A stretch of 64,000 nucleotides of DNA from Spirochaetia bacterium (GCA_965203905.1 CBDBDQ010000005.1:7721192-7785191); one strand, 5' to 3'; counted from the stretch's first letter, positions 29,848 through 41,227 are shown. A program made the numbers and translations. The notes: generated by a model from the sequence alone, not told the origin.

Positions 29848-29930
29848 GTGCCCTCGCCCTGACGCACCGCTATCAGCCGTCACGTCTCCTGCCCTCCCAG
29901 TGCGCGCGGCACTGTTATACTCGCCCCGCC

Positions 29931-31331
29931 ATGCCCGCGCCCCACCAGCGAGCCGCAGTGCTCGACACCACCCGTCTCTACTACCTGCCGGTGACGACCC
30001 GCGTCCCGCTCAAGTTCGGCCCCGAGGTGCTCACCGAGGTGATCTGCGCCCGCGCGAGCGTGAAGCTGCACGCCGCCGGCAACGCCGGAGCGACCGCTCA
30101 GGCTGCCGCGGTCGGCTGGGGGGAAACACCCCTCAACGTGCAGTGGGTATGGCCAGGCAGCCTCACCTACGCGGAACGGCTGGCGGCGCTGCGCGACCTG
30201 ACCGAGACGATCGCCCGCGCCTGGCCCGACAATGACCGGCCCGGCCACCCGATGGAGATCGGCCATCGGTTCATCACCGCGCACCTGCCGAGACTGCTGG
30301 CGGAGGCCAACAGCACGCGCCCCGCACACGCTGCAATCCCGTGGCTCGCCGCCCTGGTGTGCGCCTCCGCCTTCGACCTCGCGACCCACGACGCGTACGG
30401 CAAGCTGATGGGGTGCGCGACGTATGCGACCTACGGCCCCGATCATCTGACCAGCGACCTGGCTGCGCTGTTGGACGATTCGGCGTTCGCAGGCCGCTAC
30501 CCGAGCGACTACCTGACCGCGCCACCGAGCCGGCTGATGGCGTGGCACCTGGTGGGCGGTCTCGACCCGCTGTCGCCGGCCGACCTCACCGGCGCGGAGC
30601 CCGACGACGGCTACCCCACGCTGCTGGAGGAATGGATACGAACCGACGGCCTGCAGGCCTTGAAGGTGAAACTGCGCGGCGACGACGAGGCATGGGACTA
30701 CGAGCGCCTGGTCGCGGTCGGGACGATCGCGGCGCGTCACCCGGTGCTGTGGCTGTCGGCCGACTTCAACTGCACTGTGGACGATCCCGAGTACGTGAAC
30801 CGCATACTTGACCGTTTACGCGACAACGAGCCTCGCACCTACGCGGCGATTCTGTACGTCGAGCAACCGTTCCCGTACGACCTGGAGCAGCACCGGATCG
30901 ACGTGCGCTCGGTGGCGGCGCGCAAGCCGCTGTTCATGGACGAGAGCGCCCACGATTGGACCCTGGTGCGCCTGGGCCGGTCGCTCGGCTGGAGCGGCGT
31001 GGCGCTGAAGACCTGCAAGACGCAGACCGGAGCGATCCTGAGCCTGTGCTGGGCACGGCAGCACGGCATGACGCTGATGGTGCAGGATCTCACCAATCCG
31101 ATGCTGGCGCAGATTCCGCACCTGCAGTTGGCCGCCCACGCCGGCACCATCATGGGTGTGGAGACCAACGCCATGCAGTTCTACCCCGCCGCCTCCGCGG
31201 CCGAGGCGAAGGTGCACCCGGGGCTGTACCGGCGCCGCGGCGGTCACGTGGACCTGTCCACGCTCACCGGCGCCGGTTTCGGCTATCGAGTCGGCGAGAT
31301 CCGGCGCACACTGCCCGAGCCGGCGGTGTAG
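29931..31331 (+). CDS. Enolase-superfamily (mandelate racemase/muconate lactonizing-like) protein
   Basis: VGWGETP, LKVKL, SADFN, YVEQP, FMDES, ALKTCK motifs. Confidence 0.8.
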   Translation: MPAPHQRAAVLDTTRLYYLPVTTRVPLKFGPEVLTEVICARASVKLHAAGNAGATAQAAAVGWGETPLNVQWVWPGSLTYAERLAALRDLTETIARAWPDNDRPGHPMEIGHRFITAHLPRLLAEANSTRPAHAAIPWLAALVCASAFDLATHDAYGKLMGCATYATYGPDHLTSDLAALLDDSAFAGRYPSDYLTAPPSRLMAWHLVGGLDPLSPADLTGAEPDDGYPTLLEEWIRTDGLQALKVKLRGDDEAWDYERLVAVGTIAARHPVLWLSADFNCTVDDPEYVNRILDRLRDNEPRTYAAILYVEQPFPYDLEQHRIDVRSVAARKPLFMDESAHDWTLVRLGRSLGWSGVALKTCKTQTGAILSLCWARQHGMTLMVQDLTNPMLAQIPHLQLAAHAGTIMGVETNAMQFYPAASAAEAKVHPGLYRRRGGHVDLSTLTGAGFGYRVGEIRRTLPEPAV

Positions 31332-31404
31332 AACGCCACGGGCCACCCGGCGCCACGCCGGTTCATCGGACCAGACGACAGCCATCCACGCGGACGGACC
31401 ATCC

Positions 31405-33114
31405 TCAGTCGCCGAGCGAGTCGCTGAGCGGTACCCCGCCGGCCGCGACCGCCGCCCAGGTGGCGTGCAGCCTGGCGGCCGCGGTGGCCTCCTGGCGGCG
31501 CCGCTCGGCCGCGCTCCAGTTCAGTTCCCCCGCCATCAGCTCGGCCACGCGCGGCACGCTCGCCAGCGCCGCCGCGCTGTCCAGGAACGCCAACCGGGTG
31601 CGCCGCGACAGCACGTCGTCCACCGTGCAGGCCGCTTCCTGGCGCGCCGCGTACAGAGCCTCCGCCTCCAGGTAGGGGTAGCGGGTCGCCAGACGGGCCC
31701 GGTGTCCGGCCGCGGCCAGACGGGCGACCGCGGTGGCGCGCGCGCCGTAGGTGGTATCGAGATGGCGGGCGATGTCCGCCGGCAGCCGGTGGCGCCGTTG
31801 CAGCCTGCCCGCGTCGGGGCGATAGCCGGCGGCGCCGGCCAGCGGCGTGGTACGGGTCTGCGACACGCCGCTGGCCGCGAGCCCGCCGGCGGCCACGGCG
31901 CGGTTGACCGCGTGCACGGCCATCACGCGGTAGGTAGTCCACTTTCCGCCGGCGACGGTGACCAGACCGGCGCGGCTCTCGGTGAGGTGATGGTCGCGGG
32001 TCAGCGATGCGGTCCCGCGTCGCCGCTGGCGCCCGCCGGCGACGCGCCGCGGCGGCGCCGCGATCAGGGGACGCAGCCCCGTCCACGCCGCGGCCACGTC
32101 TTCCGCCCGTACCGGCACGTTGAGGTAGCTGTTCAGATGATCGAGCAGGTAGTGCACCTCGCGCGGCGTGGGTACGGGATCTTCGGTCACCGGCGCCGAC
32201 ACCTCGGTGGTGCCCACCAGCAGGCGGCGCTGCCACGGCAATACGAAGATGACCCGGCCATCTTCGGTGCGCGGAATCAGAAACCCGGTGTCGGGAGCGG
32301 GGAAACGCGGGCCCAGTACCAAGTGGGTGCCGGCGCTGACCCGCAGCAGCGGCGCGCCGGTCTCGTCGTCGAGCGCGCGCAGGTCGTCGACGTAGGGGCC
32401 GGCGGCGTTCAGCACCACGCGCGCGCGAATCGGCCAGGCCGCGCCGGTAAGCTGGTCGCGTACCGCCGCGCCGGTGATGCGGCCGCCCGCATCGGTGGTG
32501 AACCCCTCCACTGCCACGTAGTTGGCGACCGCCGCGCCCTGTTCGGCCGCGGTCAGAGCGAGGGCGAGATTCATGCGCGCGTCGTCGAACTGGCCGTCAT
32601 AGTAAACCACGCCGCCGCGCAGGCGGCGCGGCGGCCCGTACCCGCGCACCTCCTCGCGCAGGTAGGGGAAACGCGTCAGAACATGCTCGCGCGGCACGAA
32701 CTCGGAACGGTGCAGCGCATACTTGCCGGCGAGGCGGTCGTACAGCCGCAGGCCGATGCGATAGTAGGGGTGCTGACCGAGCTGATACAGCGGCACGAAG
32801 ATCGGCAGTTCGTGCACCAGGTGGGGGGCCAGCTCCAGCAGCGCCTGGCGCTCGCGCAGCGCCTCCCGCACCAGGCGGAACTGGCTGCGGTCGATCCGCT
32901 TCACCGCCTGCTCCAGGTAGCGGACGCCGCCGTGCACGAGCTTGGTGCTGCGGCTGCTGGTGCCGCTGCCGAAGTCGGCCCGCTCCACCAGCGCCACCCG
33001 CAGCCCGCGCGTGGCGGCATCGAGCGCGCTGCCGCAGCCGGTGGCGCCGCCGCCTATCACCAGCAGGTCGAAGCGCTCCTCCTGCAGGCTGCGCAAGTGG
33101 TCAGCGCGCCTCAT
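31405..33114 (-). CDS. glpD: FAD-dependent glycerol-3-phosphate dehydrogenase
   Basis: IGGGATG, GTSSRSTKLVHGGVRYL, GGKWTTYR, RRTRL. Confidence 0.93.
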   Translation of the reverse strand: MRRADHLRSLQEERFDLLVIGGGATGCGSALDAATRGLRVALVERADFGSGTSSRSTKLVHGGVRYLEQAVKRIDRSQFRLVREALRERQALLELAPHLVHELPIFVPLYQLGQHPYYRIGLRLYDRLAGKYALHRSEFVPREHVLTRFPYLREEVRGYGPPRRLRGGVVYYDGQFDDARMNLALALTAAEQGAAVANYVAVEGFTTDAGGRITGAAVRDQLTGAAWPIRARVVLNAAGPYVDDLRALDDETGAPLLRVSAGTHLVLGPRFPAPDTGFLIPRTEDGRVIFVLPWQRRLLVGTTEVSAPVTEDPVPTPREVHYLLDHLNSYLNVPVRAEDVAAAWTGLRPLIAAPPRRVAGGRQRRRGTASLTRDHHLTESRAGLVTVAGGKWTTYRVMAVHAVNRAVAAGGLAASGVSQTRTTPLAGAAGYRPDAGRLQRRHRLPADIARHLDTTYGARATAVARLAAAGHRARLATRYPYLEAEALYAARQEAACTVDDVLSRRTRLAFLDSAAALASVPRVAELMAGELNWSAAERRRQEATAAARLHATWAAVAAGGVPLSDSLGD

Positions 33115-33333
33115 GAACCGATCGGGCCCGCCCGCCGGGCGGCTGCTACGCTGCGCGATGCCCGGACTGCACGGCCGCCGCCGCACCGGCGGTCAGCCGG
33201 AGCGCCGAACGTCCTGCGCCGTCCCACGCGGTGCATTCCGGCCAGGCGTCTCCCGTCTGCAACGATGGTCGCCGCCTCCGAGCCGCACGCCGCGCCGCCG
33301 GCGCCAGCCATCGGACTCTCCGTTCCCACCAGG

Positions 33334-34818
33334 CTAGCGGGCGGAGCGGGTTCGCTGTACCGCGTCCACCCAGCCGGCGAGCAGCGCCTCCCGCCGACTC
33401 GCCGCCATCCGCGGCTCGAAGCGCCGTTCGGCGCGCCACAGGTCGGCAGCCGCGGAACGGTCCGGCCACAGGCCCACCGCCAGGCCGGCCAGCAACGCGG
33501 CGCCCCAGGCGGTGGTCTCCAGGTTGGCGGGGCGCACCACCGGCAGGTCGAGCAGGTCGGCCTGCAACTGCAGCAGCAGGTTGTTGGCCGCGGCGCCGCC
33601 GTCCACGCGCAGTTCGCGCAGCGGGGCGCCCAGGTCGCGTTCCATGGCGCGCACCACGTCCACCACCTGGCAGGCGATCGCCTCCAGCGCCGCCCGCGCC
33701 AGGTGCGCCCTGCCGCTGCCGCGCGTCAGTCCGGTCACGGTGCCGCGCGCATCCTGGTCCCAGTAGGGCGCGCCCAGACCGGCGAACGCCGGCACCAGGT
33801 ACACGCCGCCGGTGTCCGGCACCGACGCGGCCAGCGTTTCCACCTCCGGCGCGCTGGCGATCAGCCCCAGGCCGTCGCGCAGCCACTGCACCACCGCGCC
33901 GCCCATGAACACGCTGCCCTCCAGGGCATACTCGCGCCGGCCGGCCATCTGCGACGCCACGGTGGTCAGCAGGCGGTTGGCGGACCGCGCCGCTTCGGCG
34001 CCGGTGTGGGCGAGCAGGAAGCACCCGGTGCCGTAGGTGTTCTTGGCCAGCCCCGGCGCGAACAGCGCCTGCCCCACCGAGGCCGCCTGCTGGTCACCCG
34101 CGATGCCGGCCAGCGCCACCGGCTCATCGAGCAGCGCCGTCAGTTCGCCGTACACCGCCGACGAATCACATACCTCGGGCAGCAGCGGAGCCGGGATGTC
34201 GAGCAGGCCAAGCAGTTCCTCGTCCCAACAGCCGCGGTGGATGTCGTACAGCAGCGTGCGGCTGGCATTGGTGGCGTCGGTGACGTGCAGCGTGCCGCCG
34301 CTGAGGCGAAACGCCAGCCAACTGTCGATGGTGCCGAACGCCAGTTCGCCGGCCGATGCGCGCGCGCGCGCATCGGGCACCTGGTCCAGGATCCAGGCCA
34401 GCTTGGTGCCCGAGAAGTAGGCATCGAGGACCAGCCCGGTGCGCCGCCGGAACAGCTCGCCATGGCCGGCCGCCTCCAGGTCCGCCACCATCCCGCTGGT
34501 GCGCCGGTCCTGCCACACGATTGCAGGGTGGATCGGCTTGCCGGTACCCCGCTCCCACACCACGGTGGTCTCGCGCTGGTTGGTAATGCCCACCGCCGCC
34601 ACATCGGCCGGCCGGCATCCGGCATCCGCGACCGCCCGCCGCGCCACGGCGACCTGGCTGGCCAGGATCTCCTCCGCGTCGTGCTCGACCCACCCCGCCC
34701 GCGGGAACATCTGCCGGAACTCCTGCTGCGCGACCGCCACGGCCGCGCCGGCGGCGTCGAACAGCAGCGCCCGCGAACTGGTGGTGCCCTGGTCGAGGGC
34801 CAACACGAACCTGCGCAT
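33334..34818 (-). CDS. glpK: Glycerol kinase
   Basis: [45 protein letters not shown]. Confidence 0.96.
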   Translation of the reverse strand: MRRFVLALDQGTTSSRALLFDAAGAAVAVAQQEFRQMFPRAGWVEHDAEEILASQVAVARRAVADAGCRPADVAAVGITNQRETTVVWERGTGKPIHPAIVWQDRRTSGMVADLEAAGHGELFRRRTGLVLDAYFSGTKLAWILDQVPDARARASAGELAFGTIDSWLAFRLSGGTLHVTDATNASRTLLYDIHRGCWDEELLGLLDIPAPLLPEVCDSSAVYGELTALLDEPVALAGIAGDQQAASVGQALFAPGLAKNTYGTGCFLLAHTGAEAARSANRLLTTVASQMAGRREYALEGSVFMGGAVVQWLRDGLGLIASAPEVETLAASVPDTGGVYLVPAFAGLGAPYWDQDARGTVTGLTRGSGRAHLARAALEAIACQVVDVVRAMERDLGAPLRELRVDGGAAANNLLLQLQADLLDLPVVRPANLETTAWGAALLAGLAVGLWPDRSAAADLWRAERRFEPRMAASRREALLAGWVDAVQRTRSAR

Positions 34819-34975
34819 GGCGCAGCCAACCTAAACCCGACCGCCGCCTCCGGCAACCCCGCCGGACGTACCGGCCGGAGCGGTCATTGACGGCGGCCAG
34901 TGCGGCTGACGACTATATGGCGAACCACCGTTCGCGGCGTCGACCGCCGCCGCACCACAAGGAGAAACCAACAAA

Positions 34976-36004
34976 ATGAGCAAAGTACGCGTCGGATTCA
35001 ACGGCATGGGCCGCATCGGCAAGAACGTGATGCGGGTCATCGTCTCCAAGCTGAACGACCGCTTCGAGATCGTGGCCGGCAACGACCTGGTCCCCACCGC
35101 CGACATTGCCGCCAGCCTGCCCAAGGACGCGGTGTACGGTCGCTTCCCCGTCGCCGTGGAGCAGACCGCCGACAACAAGATCCGGGTCGGCGACCACGAA
35201 CTGACCATCTACGCCGAGATGGACGCGTCCAACGTGCCGTGGGGCGACCACGGCGTCGACATCGTGTTCGAGTGCACCGGCTTCTACCTGACCACCGAGA
35301 AGGCGAGCGCCCATCTCGCCGGCGGCGCAGGGCGCGTCATCGTTTCCGCGCCCTGCAACGACGACACCGACACCGTGGTGGTGGGCGTCAACCACGACAT
35401 CCTCACCCCCGAGCACAAGATCGTCTCCAACGCGAGCTGCACCACCAACTGCCTGGCGCCGATGACCCGCGCCGTCGACCTGAGCTACCCGGTCAAGGGC
35501 GGCCTGATGAGCACCACGCACGCCGCTACCGCCACCCAGAAGGTGGCCGACACGTTCGGCGGCGGCAAGAACCGCGCCACCCTCAACAACGTGATCCCGG
35601 CCAGCACCGGCGCCGCCGTCGCCGTGGGCAAGGTGCTGCCGCACCTCAACGGCAAGCTCAACGGCACCGCCCTGCGCGTGCCCACCGACACCGGCAGCGT
35701 GGTCGAGGCGGTGTACCAGATCGACGGCACGCCCTCCAAGGAGGAGCTGGTCACCGCGCTGGCCGCCAACGCCGACCGGATCAACGGCTCCACCCTGCTC
35801 AGCCAAGTGATCACCGTCAACGACTACTACGAATGCTCCCGCGACTGCGTCGGCGAGCCGTTCTCGTCGATGGTGTCCGACAGCCCGCTGGTGGTGCCGG
35901 TCGACGACAGCGGCTCCCTGGTCAAGCTGACCAGCTTCTACGACAACGAAATGGGCTTCAGCCACCGCATGGCCGAACTGGCCCTCATCTTCGCCGCCGC
36001 CTGA
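34976..36004 (+). CDS. gap: Type I glyceraldehyde-3-phosphate dehydrogenase
   Basis: NGMGRIG, SNASCTTNCLAP, STGAA, RVPT, YDNE; AAGGAG RBS. Confidence 0.93.
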   Translation: MSKVRVGFNGMGRIGKNVMRVIVSKLNDRFEIVAGNDLVPTADIAASLPKDAVYGRFPVAVEQTADNKIRVGDHELTIYAEMDASNVPWGDHGVDIVFECTGFYLTTEKASAHLAGGAGRVIVSAPCNDDTDTVVVGVNHDILTPEHKIVSNASCTTNCLAPMTRAVDLSYPVKGGLMSTTHAATATQKVADTFGGGKNRATLNNVIPASTGAAVAVGKVLPHLNGKLNGTALRVPTDTGSVVEAVYQIDGTPSKEELVTALAANADRINGSTLLSQVITVNDYYECSRDCVGEPFSSMVSDSPLVVPVDDSGSLVKLTSFYDNEMGFSHRMAELALIFAAA

Positions 36005-36029
36005 CGCACTTTTCGTCCGCCGGATTCGG

Positions 36030-36935
36030 TCAGCCGGCGCGGAGGCGGGCGGCCTGTTCCCGCAGGCGCTGTCGGGCGCCGTCCCAGGAGGCGTAGTCGC
36101 CAAGGGTCCGCGGGTGGTTGCTGCGCACCACCAGGGGCGGGCGGCCGCTGCGGTCGAGGGCCGCCTGCAGGGCGGTGTCGCCGATGCGCTCGGGCTCGCT
36201 CTGCTCGCGGTAGCCGGGAGTTTCGCGGAAGCGGACGTCGACGCTCCAGCGCACGCCGTCGCTGTGGTTCACGTCGCTGCCATGGAAGGTGAGGTTGTGG
36301 AACGCCAGGAAGTCGCCGCAGCGCATCGGCTCCGGGACCGGCGTGCCGCGCTGCGTGACGTCTTCGAAGCTCACCATGTTGTGGTCGGCACGGCGCGCGC
36401 CCGGCAGCAGGCCCCACTTGTGGCTGCCGCGAATGAGTTGCAGGCAGCCGTTGCGCTCGTCCACGTCGACCAGGGGGATCCACACCGAGACCACCAGGAT
36501 GTGGCCGGTTTGCGGGCCGTAGTACTGGCTGTCCTGGTGCAGCGGGAAGGCGGTGTTGGTGCGGCCGGGCAGCTTGGGGCGCAAGTGGTAGTCGCCGTTG
36601 AAGGAGATCTCCTCGCCGAGCAGCGGCTGCAGCGCGTCGAGGATCGCCTCGTGCCGTATCAGCGCGTACAGCTCGGGCGAGAACAGGAACGTGTTCCAGG
36701 AGCGCATGCGCGACTCCGAATCGCGGTACAGCAGCGCCAACCGCCGCTCGAAGGAGGCGTCGGCGTGGACCGATTCGATGGCGCCCTCGGCGTGCAACTC
36801 GCGCGCGTGGGCATCGACGTTACGGTCGATGAGATCGCGGATCGGCTGCAGCACCGAGTCGGGCAGCGCGCCGCGCACGACAAAGTAGCCGTCGTTCTCG
36901 AACTGCTCTGTTGGGGTCGGTGAGGTCGTTGGCAT
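36030..36935 (-). CDS. Phytanoyl-CoA dioxygenase (PhyH) family protein
   Basis: QFENDGYFVV, LHQD, VWIPLVD, GCL..IRGSH, HGS..N.S..VRWS. Confidence 0.88.
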   Translation of the reverse strand: MPTTSPTPTEQFENDGYFVVRGALPDSVLQPIRDLIDRNVDAHARELHAEGAIESVHADASFERRLALLYRDSESRMRSWNTFLFSPELYALIRHEAILDALQPLLGEEISFNGDYHLRPKLPGRTNTAFPLHQDSQYYGPQTGHILVVSVWIPLVDVDERNGCLQLIRGSHKWGLLPGARRADHNMVSFEDVTQRGTPVPEPMRCGDFLAFHNLTFHGSDVNHSDGVRWSVDVRFRETPGYREQSEPERIGDTALQAALDRSGRPPLVVRSNHPRTLGDYASWDGARQRLREQAARLRAG

Positions 36936-37167
36936 CGCACTCTCCGCTTGCGCGTTACTTGGCGCCGGCACCCGCCCGCCGCACTCACCCGCCAGTGCGG
37001 CACCGAATATGCCGGTACGGAACCAGGCATCGGCACACGCCGTCTCGACGCGGGTACCGTCGTTGCGGGGCATGTTACCACCAGACGTCGCGGTCGGGGT
37101 AGCGGCACCAGTATACGCAGTTGGAGCGGCTCACCGCCGTTGCGGTGTTGGCCATCGGCGTGCCGGT

Positions 37168-37509
37168 CTACCGGTTGCGGCGGAGGAAGAAGGCGGCGAG
37201 CCAGGCGGGGAGGCTGAGAACGAGGGCGTAGATGAGGATGGCGGCGGGGCCGAGGAGGCCGGCGACCAGGGTGGCGGCGACGGTGGCAGCCGCCAGCACG
37301 GCCATCGTGATCCACGCGGTGATGCGCAAGCCCCTGCGGTGCAGCAGGCGGCAGGCGAGCGCGAGCGGCAGGCCGGCGGGGGCGACCACGAGCAGCGACA
37401 GCAGCGCCCGCGGCTCGGGGGGGACTCCCATGCCGCGAACGAGGGCCGAGACGACCACCCCCACGGGCAGCCACAGGAGCGCGAGCGGGTAGAACAGGGG
37501 GCGAGGCAC
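37168..37509 (-). CDS. Small four-helix membrane protein
   Basis: Four hydrophobic segments; starts just after the transporter stop codon. Confidence 0.65.
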   Translation of the reverse strand: MPRPLFYPLALLWLPVGVVVSALVRGMGVPPEPRALLSLLVVAPAGLPLALACRLLHRRGLRITAWITMAVLAAATVAATLVAGLLGPAAILIYALVLSLPAWLAAFFLRRNR

Positions 37510-37511
37510 GA

Positions 37512-38975
37512 TCAGCCCGTGCCGAACAGCTTGCCGGCCAGGCCCCAGCCGCTGATGCCGGCGAACACGAACAGCACCAGCGCCGACGCCACCGCGCCGG
37601 CCAGCATCGGCAACCGCGTGCGGTAGGCTGACGGGAGCTTGAAGTTGAGGTACAGCGCAGCCGCCATCATCAGGGCGATCGACAGGTTGGCCAGCATGAA
37701 TCCGGCGATCTGGGTGAGAATGTCGAACGGCACGTCGAGCCACACGATGGAGAACGTGGTCACCAGCAGGTAGCCGCACACCACCAGCTTGATGCGGTCG
37801 TAGTCCCACCTCCGCCGCGGGCTGATCGCCTGGCCGAATTCCTGCATCACCCGCGCGTAGATCTCCGGGAACGCCTGCAGCGTGCCCCACAGCGCGGCGA
37901 CGATCGCGACGTAGTAGATCCAGATCAACGACCCGTGGATGTTGCTCCACACGTGGCGCTGCTCGGTGAGCAGGCTCCAGCCGGCGAACCTGCTCTGCAG
38001 CGGGTACAGCACGGCGGCGCCGGACAGCATGAACGCCGCCGTCACGATGAACAGCACCACCGCCCCCATGCCGACGTCCCAGCGCAGCGGAGCCACGCTC
38101 TTGCGCACCAGCGCCACCTGGTCCGGCTCGCCGGGCAGGTAGTCGATCGCGTCGCGCCCGAACGCGTGGCGGCGCAGCTCGTCGATGTCGCGGTGTGCGG
38201 TCATTCCCCAGCGGCGGATTCCGACCCAGTTGGCGTACACCACGTAGCCCATCACCGAGCCGCCCACGTACGCGAACGCCGTCGCCATGGTGAGCAGCGG
38301 ATTCTCCACCGCGTCGTTCGGCGCCCACGCCGGGTACTCCGGCAGGCGCCCGAAGCTGAGCGCGCCGCGCAGCGCCTCGCCCAGGTCGGGACGCACCAGC
38401 AGCGTGCCGAGAATGGTGCCGGCGACCAGGATGCTGCAGATCGCGATCTGCTGCTTCTCCAGTTTCTGGTACGACAGGCGCAGGCAGAACGCGAGCGCGA
38501 GAAGGATGAAGGCGCAGGTGATGATGTTCTCGTAGACCGGCTCCGGGATCGAGGCCGGCAGCACGCCCTGCAGCAGGAAGTGGAACAGGTCTCCGCACGG
38601 CTTGGCGATCGGCACCCAGGCCAGCGGCGCGCCGATCATCTCCAGCACCACGATGGCGACCAGCAGCCAGCCGCGCGGACCTGGCAGGCGCACCAGCCGG
38701 TGGCCGATGTGCTCGCCGCTGACCGCGGTGTAGCGGCCGAGCAGGTAGGTAACGAACACGCCCTTGACCACGCAGCTCAGCAGCACCAGCCACAACAGCC
38801 CGTAGCGCGCCCACGCCCCGGCGCGCACCACCACGATCGTCTCGCCGGCGCCGATGCTGACCGAGGCGACGATCGCCGCCGGCCCGAACACGGCCAGCAG
38901 CCCGACCAGCTTCCTGGCCGACCACGGCTGCGCGAACGGTCCTTCGAGCGGCGGCGGCGCAAACGTACGGCTCAT
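37512..38975 (-). CDS. Nramp/APC-superfamily transporter
   Basis: FGPAAIVASVSIGAGE, GAWARYGLLW, about 11 hydrophobic segments. Confidence 0.8.
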   Translation of the reverse strand: MSRTFAPPPLEGPFAQPWSARKLVGLLAVFGPAAIVASVSIGAGETIVVVRAGAWARYGLLWLVLLSCVVKGVFVTYLLGRYTAVSGEHIGHRLVRLPGPRGWLLVAIVVLEMIGAPLAWVPIAKPCGDLFHFLLQGVLPASIPEPVYENIITCAFILLALAFCLRLSYQKLEKQQIAICSILVAGTILGTLLVRPDLGEALRGALSFGRLPEYPAWAPNDAVENPLLTMATAFAYVGGSVMGYVVYANWVGIRRWGMTAHRDIDELRRHAFGRDAIDYLPGEPDQVALVRKSVAPLRWDVGMGAVVLFIVTAAFMLSGAAVLYPLQSRFAGWSLLTEQRHVWSNIHGSLIWIYYVAIVAALWGTLQAFPEIYARVMQEFGQAISPRRRWDYDRIKLVVCGYLLVTTFSIVWLDVPFDILTQIAGFMLANLSIALMMAAALYLNFKLPSAYRTRLPMLAGAVASALVLFVFAGISGWGLAGKLFGTG

Positions 38976-39076
38976 GACGGCGCAGACCGTACCACGGGTC
39001 CGGTTCCCGAGTCGCGACAATCCGCGCTGCCGGCGAGTTCACGGGCGCGCCGGGCAAGCGTTATATTGCGGCCATC

Positions 39077-39535
39077 ATGTTGCAGAAAGGCGACCCCGCC
39101 CCCGATTTCTCCCTGAGCGACCAGGACGGCACCATCCACTCGCTGGCCGACTACCGCGGCAAGAAACTGCTGATCTACTTCTATCCGCGCGCCGACACTC
39201 CCGGCTGCACGCGCCAGTCGTGCGCGGTGCGCGACGCCCGCGACGATCTGGCCAGCCGCAACCTGGCGGCGGTCGGCATCAGCCCCGACGTGCCGGACGA
39301 TCAGAAGAAGTTCGACGACAAGTTCTCGCTCGGCTTCCCGCTGCTCGCCGACGACGGCCACAAGATCGCCGAGGCGTACGGCGCGTGGGGCGAGAAGAAC
39401 ATGTACGGACGCACTTCGATCGGCATCAAGCGCTCCTCGTTCCTGGTCGACGAGCAGGGCAACCTGGAAGGGGTGTGGTACAACGTCCGGCCCGAGGCCA
39501 CCGTGCCCAAGGCGCTGCAGCAGGTCGACGGCTGA
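39077..39535 (+). CDS. bcp: Thioredoxin-dependent peroxiredoxin Bcp
   Basis: YFYPRADTPGCTRQSC, VGISPD, YGAWGEK. Confidence 0.93.
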   Translation: MLQKGDPAPDFSLSDQDGTIHSLADYRGKKLLIYFYPRADTPGCTRQSCAVRDARDDLASRNLAAVGISPDVPDDQKKFDDKFSLGFPLLADDGHKIAEAYGAWGEKNMYGRTSIGIKRSSFLVDEQGNLEGVWYNVRPEATVPKALQQVDG

Positions 39536-39571
39536 CCCGCGGGCGCCCCGTCACGAGCCTCCGAGCGCACG

Positions 39572-41227
39572 GTGTCAGCGCTGATCGAGTCTCCGGCGTG
39601 GCGTGACCTGGCCGCGCACCGGCGCGCCATCGACGGCCGCCACATGCGCGAGTTGTTCGAAGCCGACGGCGGCCGCTTCGACCGCTTTTCGCTGCGCCTG
39701 GGCGAGATCCTGTTCGATTACTCCAAGAATCGCATCACCGGCGAGACCATGGAGTTGCTGTTCGCCCTGGCGCGGCAGAGCGGCCTGACGAGCGCCATCG
39801 AAGCGATGTTCGGCGGTGCCAGGATCAACAACACGGAGTACCGCGCGGTGCTGCACGTGGCGCTGCGCAACCGTTCCAACCGGCCCATCGCGGTCGATGG
39901 CGCGGACGTGATGCCGGAGGTCAACCGGGTGCTCGGCAAGATGCGCTCGTTCAGCGAGCGGGTGCGTTCCGGCGCCTGGCGCGGCTTCGGCGGAGATGCG
40001 ATCACCGACGTGGTCAACATCGGCATCGGCGGGTCGGATCTCGGCCCCAGGATGGTCGCCACCGCGCTCACGCCATACCACGCCGCCCACCTGCGCATGC
40101 ACTTCGTCTCCAACGTCGACGGCACCGACATCTGCGAGACCCTGAAGGCGCTCGACCCCGCCAGCACGCTGTTCCTGATCGCTTCCAAGACATTCACCAC
40201 CCAGGAGACGATGACCAACGCCGCCTCCGCGCGCGAGTGGCTGCTGCAAGCCGCACCGGACGAGAGCGCGATCGCCCGCCACTTCGCCGCCCTGTCCACC
40301 AACGCGGAGGCGGTGGCCGCGTTCGGCATCGACACCGACAACATGTTCGAGTTCTGGGACTGGGTCGGCGGGCGCTACTCGCTGTGGTCGGCAATCGGAC
40401 TGCCGATCGCCATTGCCATCGGCATGGACCGGTTCGAGGAGCTGCTCGCCGGCGCCCACGAGGCGGACGAGCACTTCCGCAGTGCACCGCTTGAGGGCAA
40501 CATTCCGGTGGTCATGGCGCTGCTCGGCATCTGGTACCGCGGCTTTTTCGGCGCCCGGACGCACGCCATCCTGCCCTACGACCAGTACCTGCGCCACTTC
40601 GCCGACTACCTGCAACAGGGCGACATGGAGAGCAACGGCAAGAGCGTCGACAAGGCCGGGCGTGCGGTCGACTACCCGACCGGGCCGGTGATCTGGGGCC
40701 AGCCGGGCACCAACGGCCAGCACGCGTTCTACCAGCTCATCCACCAGGGCACCGAGCTGGTGCCGTGCGACTTCCTGGCGCCGGCGCGGAGCCACAACCC
40801 CCTCGGGCGCCACCACGACATCCTCATCGCCAACTTCCTGGCCCAGACGGAGGCGCTGATGCGCGGCCGAACCACCGCCGAGGCGCGCACCGAGCTGACC
40901 GGTGCGGGCGTCTCGGGGCCGGACCTGGAGTTGCTCGCCGCGGCCAAGACGTTCGCCGGCAACAAGCCGACCAACACGTTCCTGTTCCGGCAGCTCACGC
41001 CGGCCACCCTGGGCGCGCTGATCGCCTTCTACGAACACAAGATCTTCACCCAGGGCGTGGTCTGGAATATCAACTCCTTCGACCAGATGGGCGTGGAACT
41101 GGGCAAGCAACTGGCGTCGGCCATCCTGCCGCAACTGGAGGACGATGCGCGCCCGGCGAAGGCGACCGGCACGCACGACGCGTCGACCAACGCCCTGATC
41201 CGCCACTACCGGCAGCTCCGCGCCTGA
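39572..41227 (+). CDS. pgi: Glucose-6-phosphate isomerase
   Basis: [39 protein letters not shown]. Confidence 0.97.
   Translation: MSALIESPAWRDLAAHRRAIDGRHMRELFEADGGRFDRFSLRLGEILFDYSKNRITGETMELLFALARQSGLTSAIEAMFGGARINNTEYRAVLHVALRNRSNRPIAVDGADVMPEVNRVLGKMRSFSERVRSGAWRGFGGDAITDVVNIGIGGSDLGPRMVATALTPYHAAHLRMHFVSNVDGTDICETLKALDPASTLFLIASKTFTTQETMTNAASAREWLLQAAPDESAIARHFAALSTNAEAVAAFGIDTDNMFEFWDWVGGRYSLWSAIGLPIAIAIGMDRFEELLAGAHEADEHFRSAPLEGNIPVVMALLGIWYRGFFGARTHAILPYDQYLRHFADYLQQGDMESNGKSVDKAGRAVDYPTGPVIWGQPGTNGQHAFYQLIHQGTELVPCDFLAPARSHNPLGRHHDILIANFLAQTEALMRGRTTAEARTELTGAGVSGPDLELLAAAKTFAGNKPTNTFLFRQLTPATLGALIAFYEHKIFTQGVVWNINSFDQMGVELGKQLASAILPQLEDDARPAKATGTHDASTNALIRHYRQLRA

Noticed and set aside
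31156-34890. 1244-aa plus-strand ORF and similar long antisense ORFs (24179-26458, 55679-57724, 39575-41281)
   Set aside because: Shadow frames of well-supported genes in high-GC DNA
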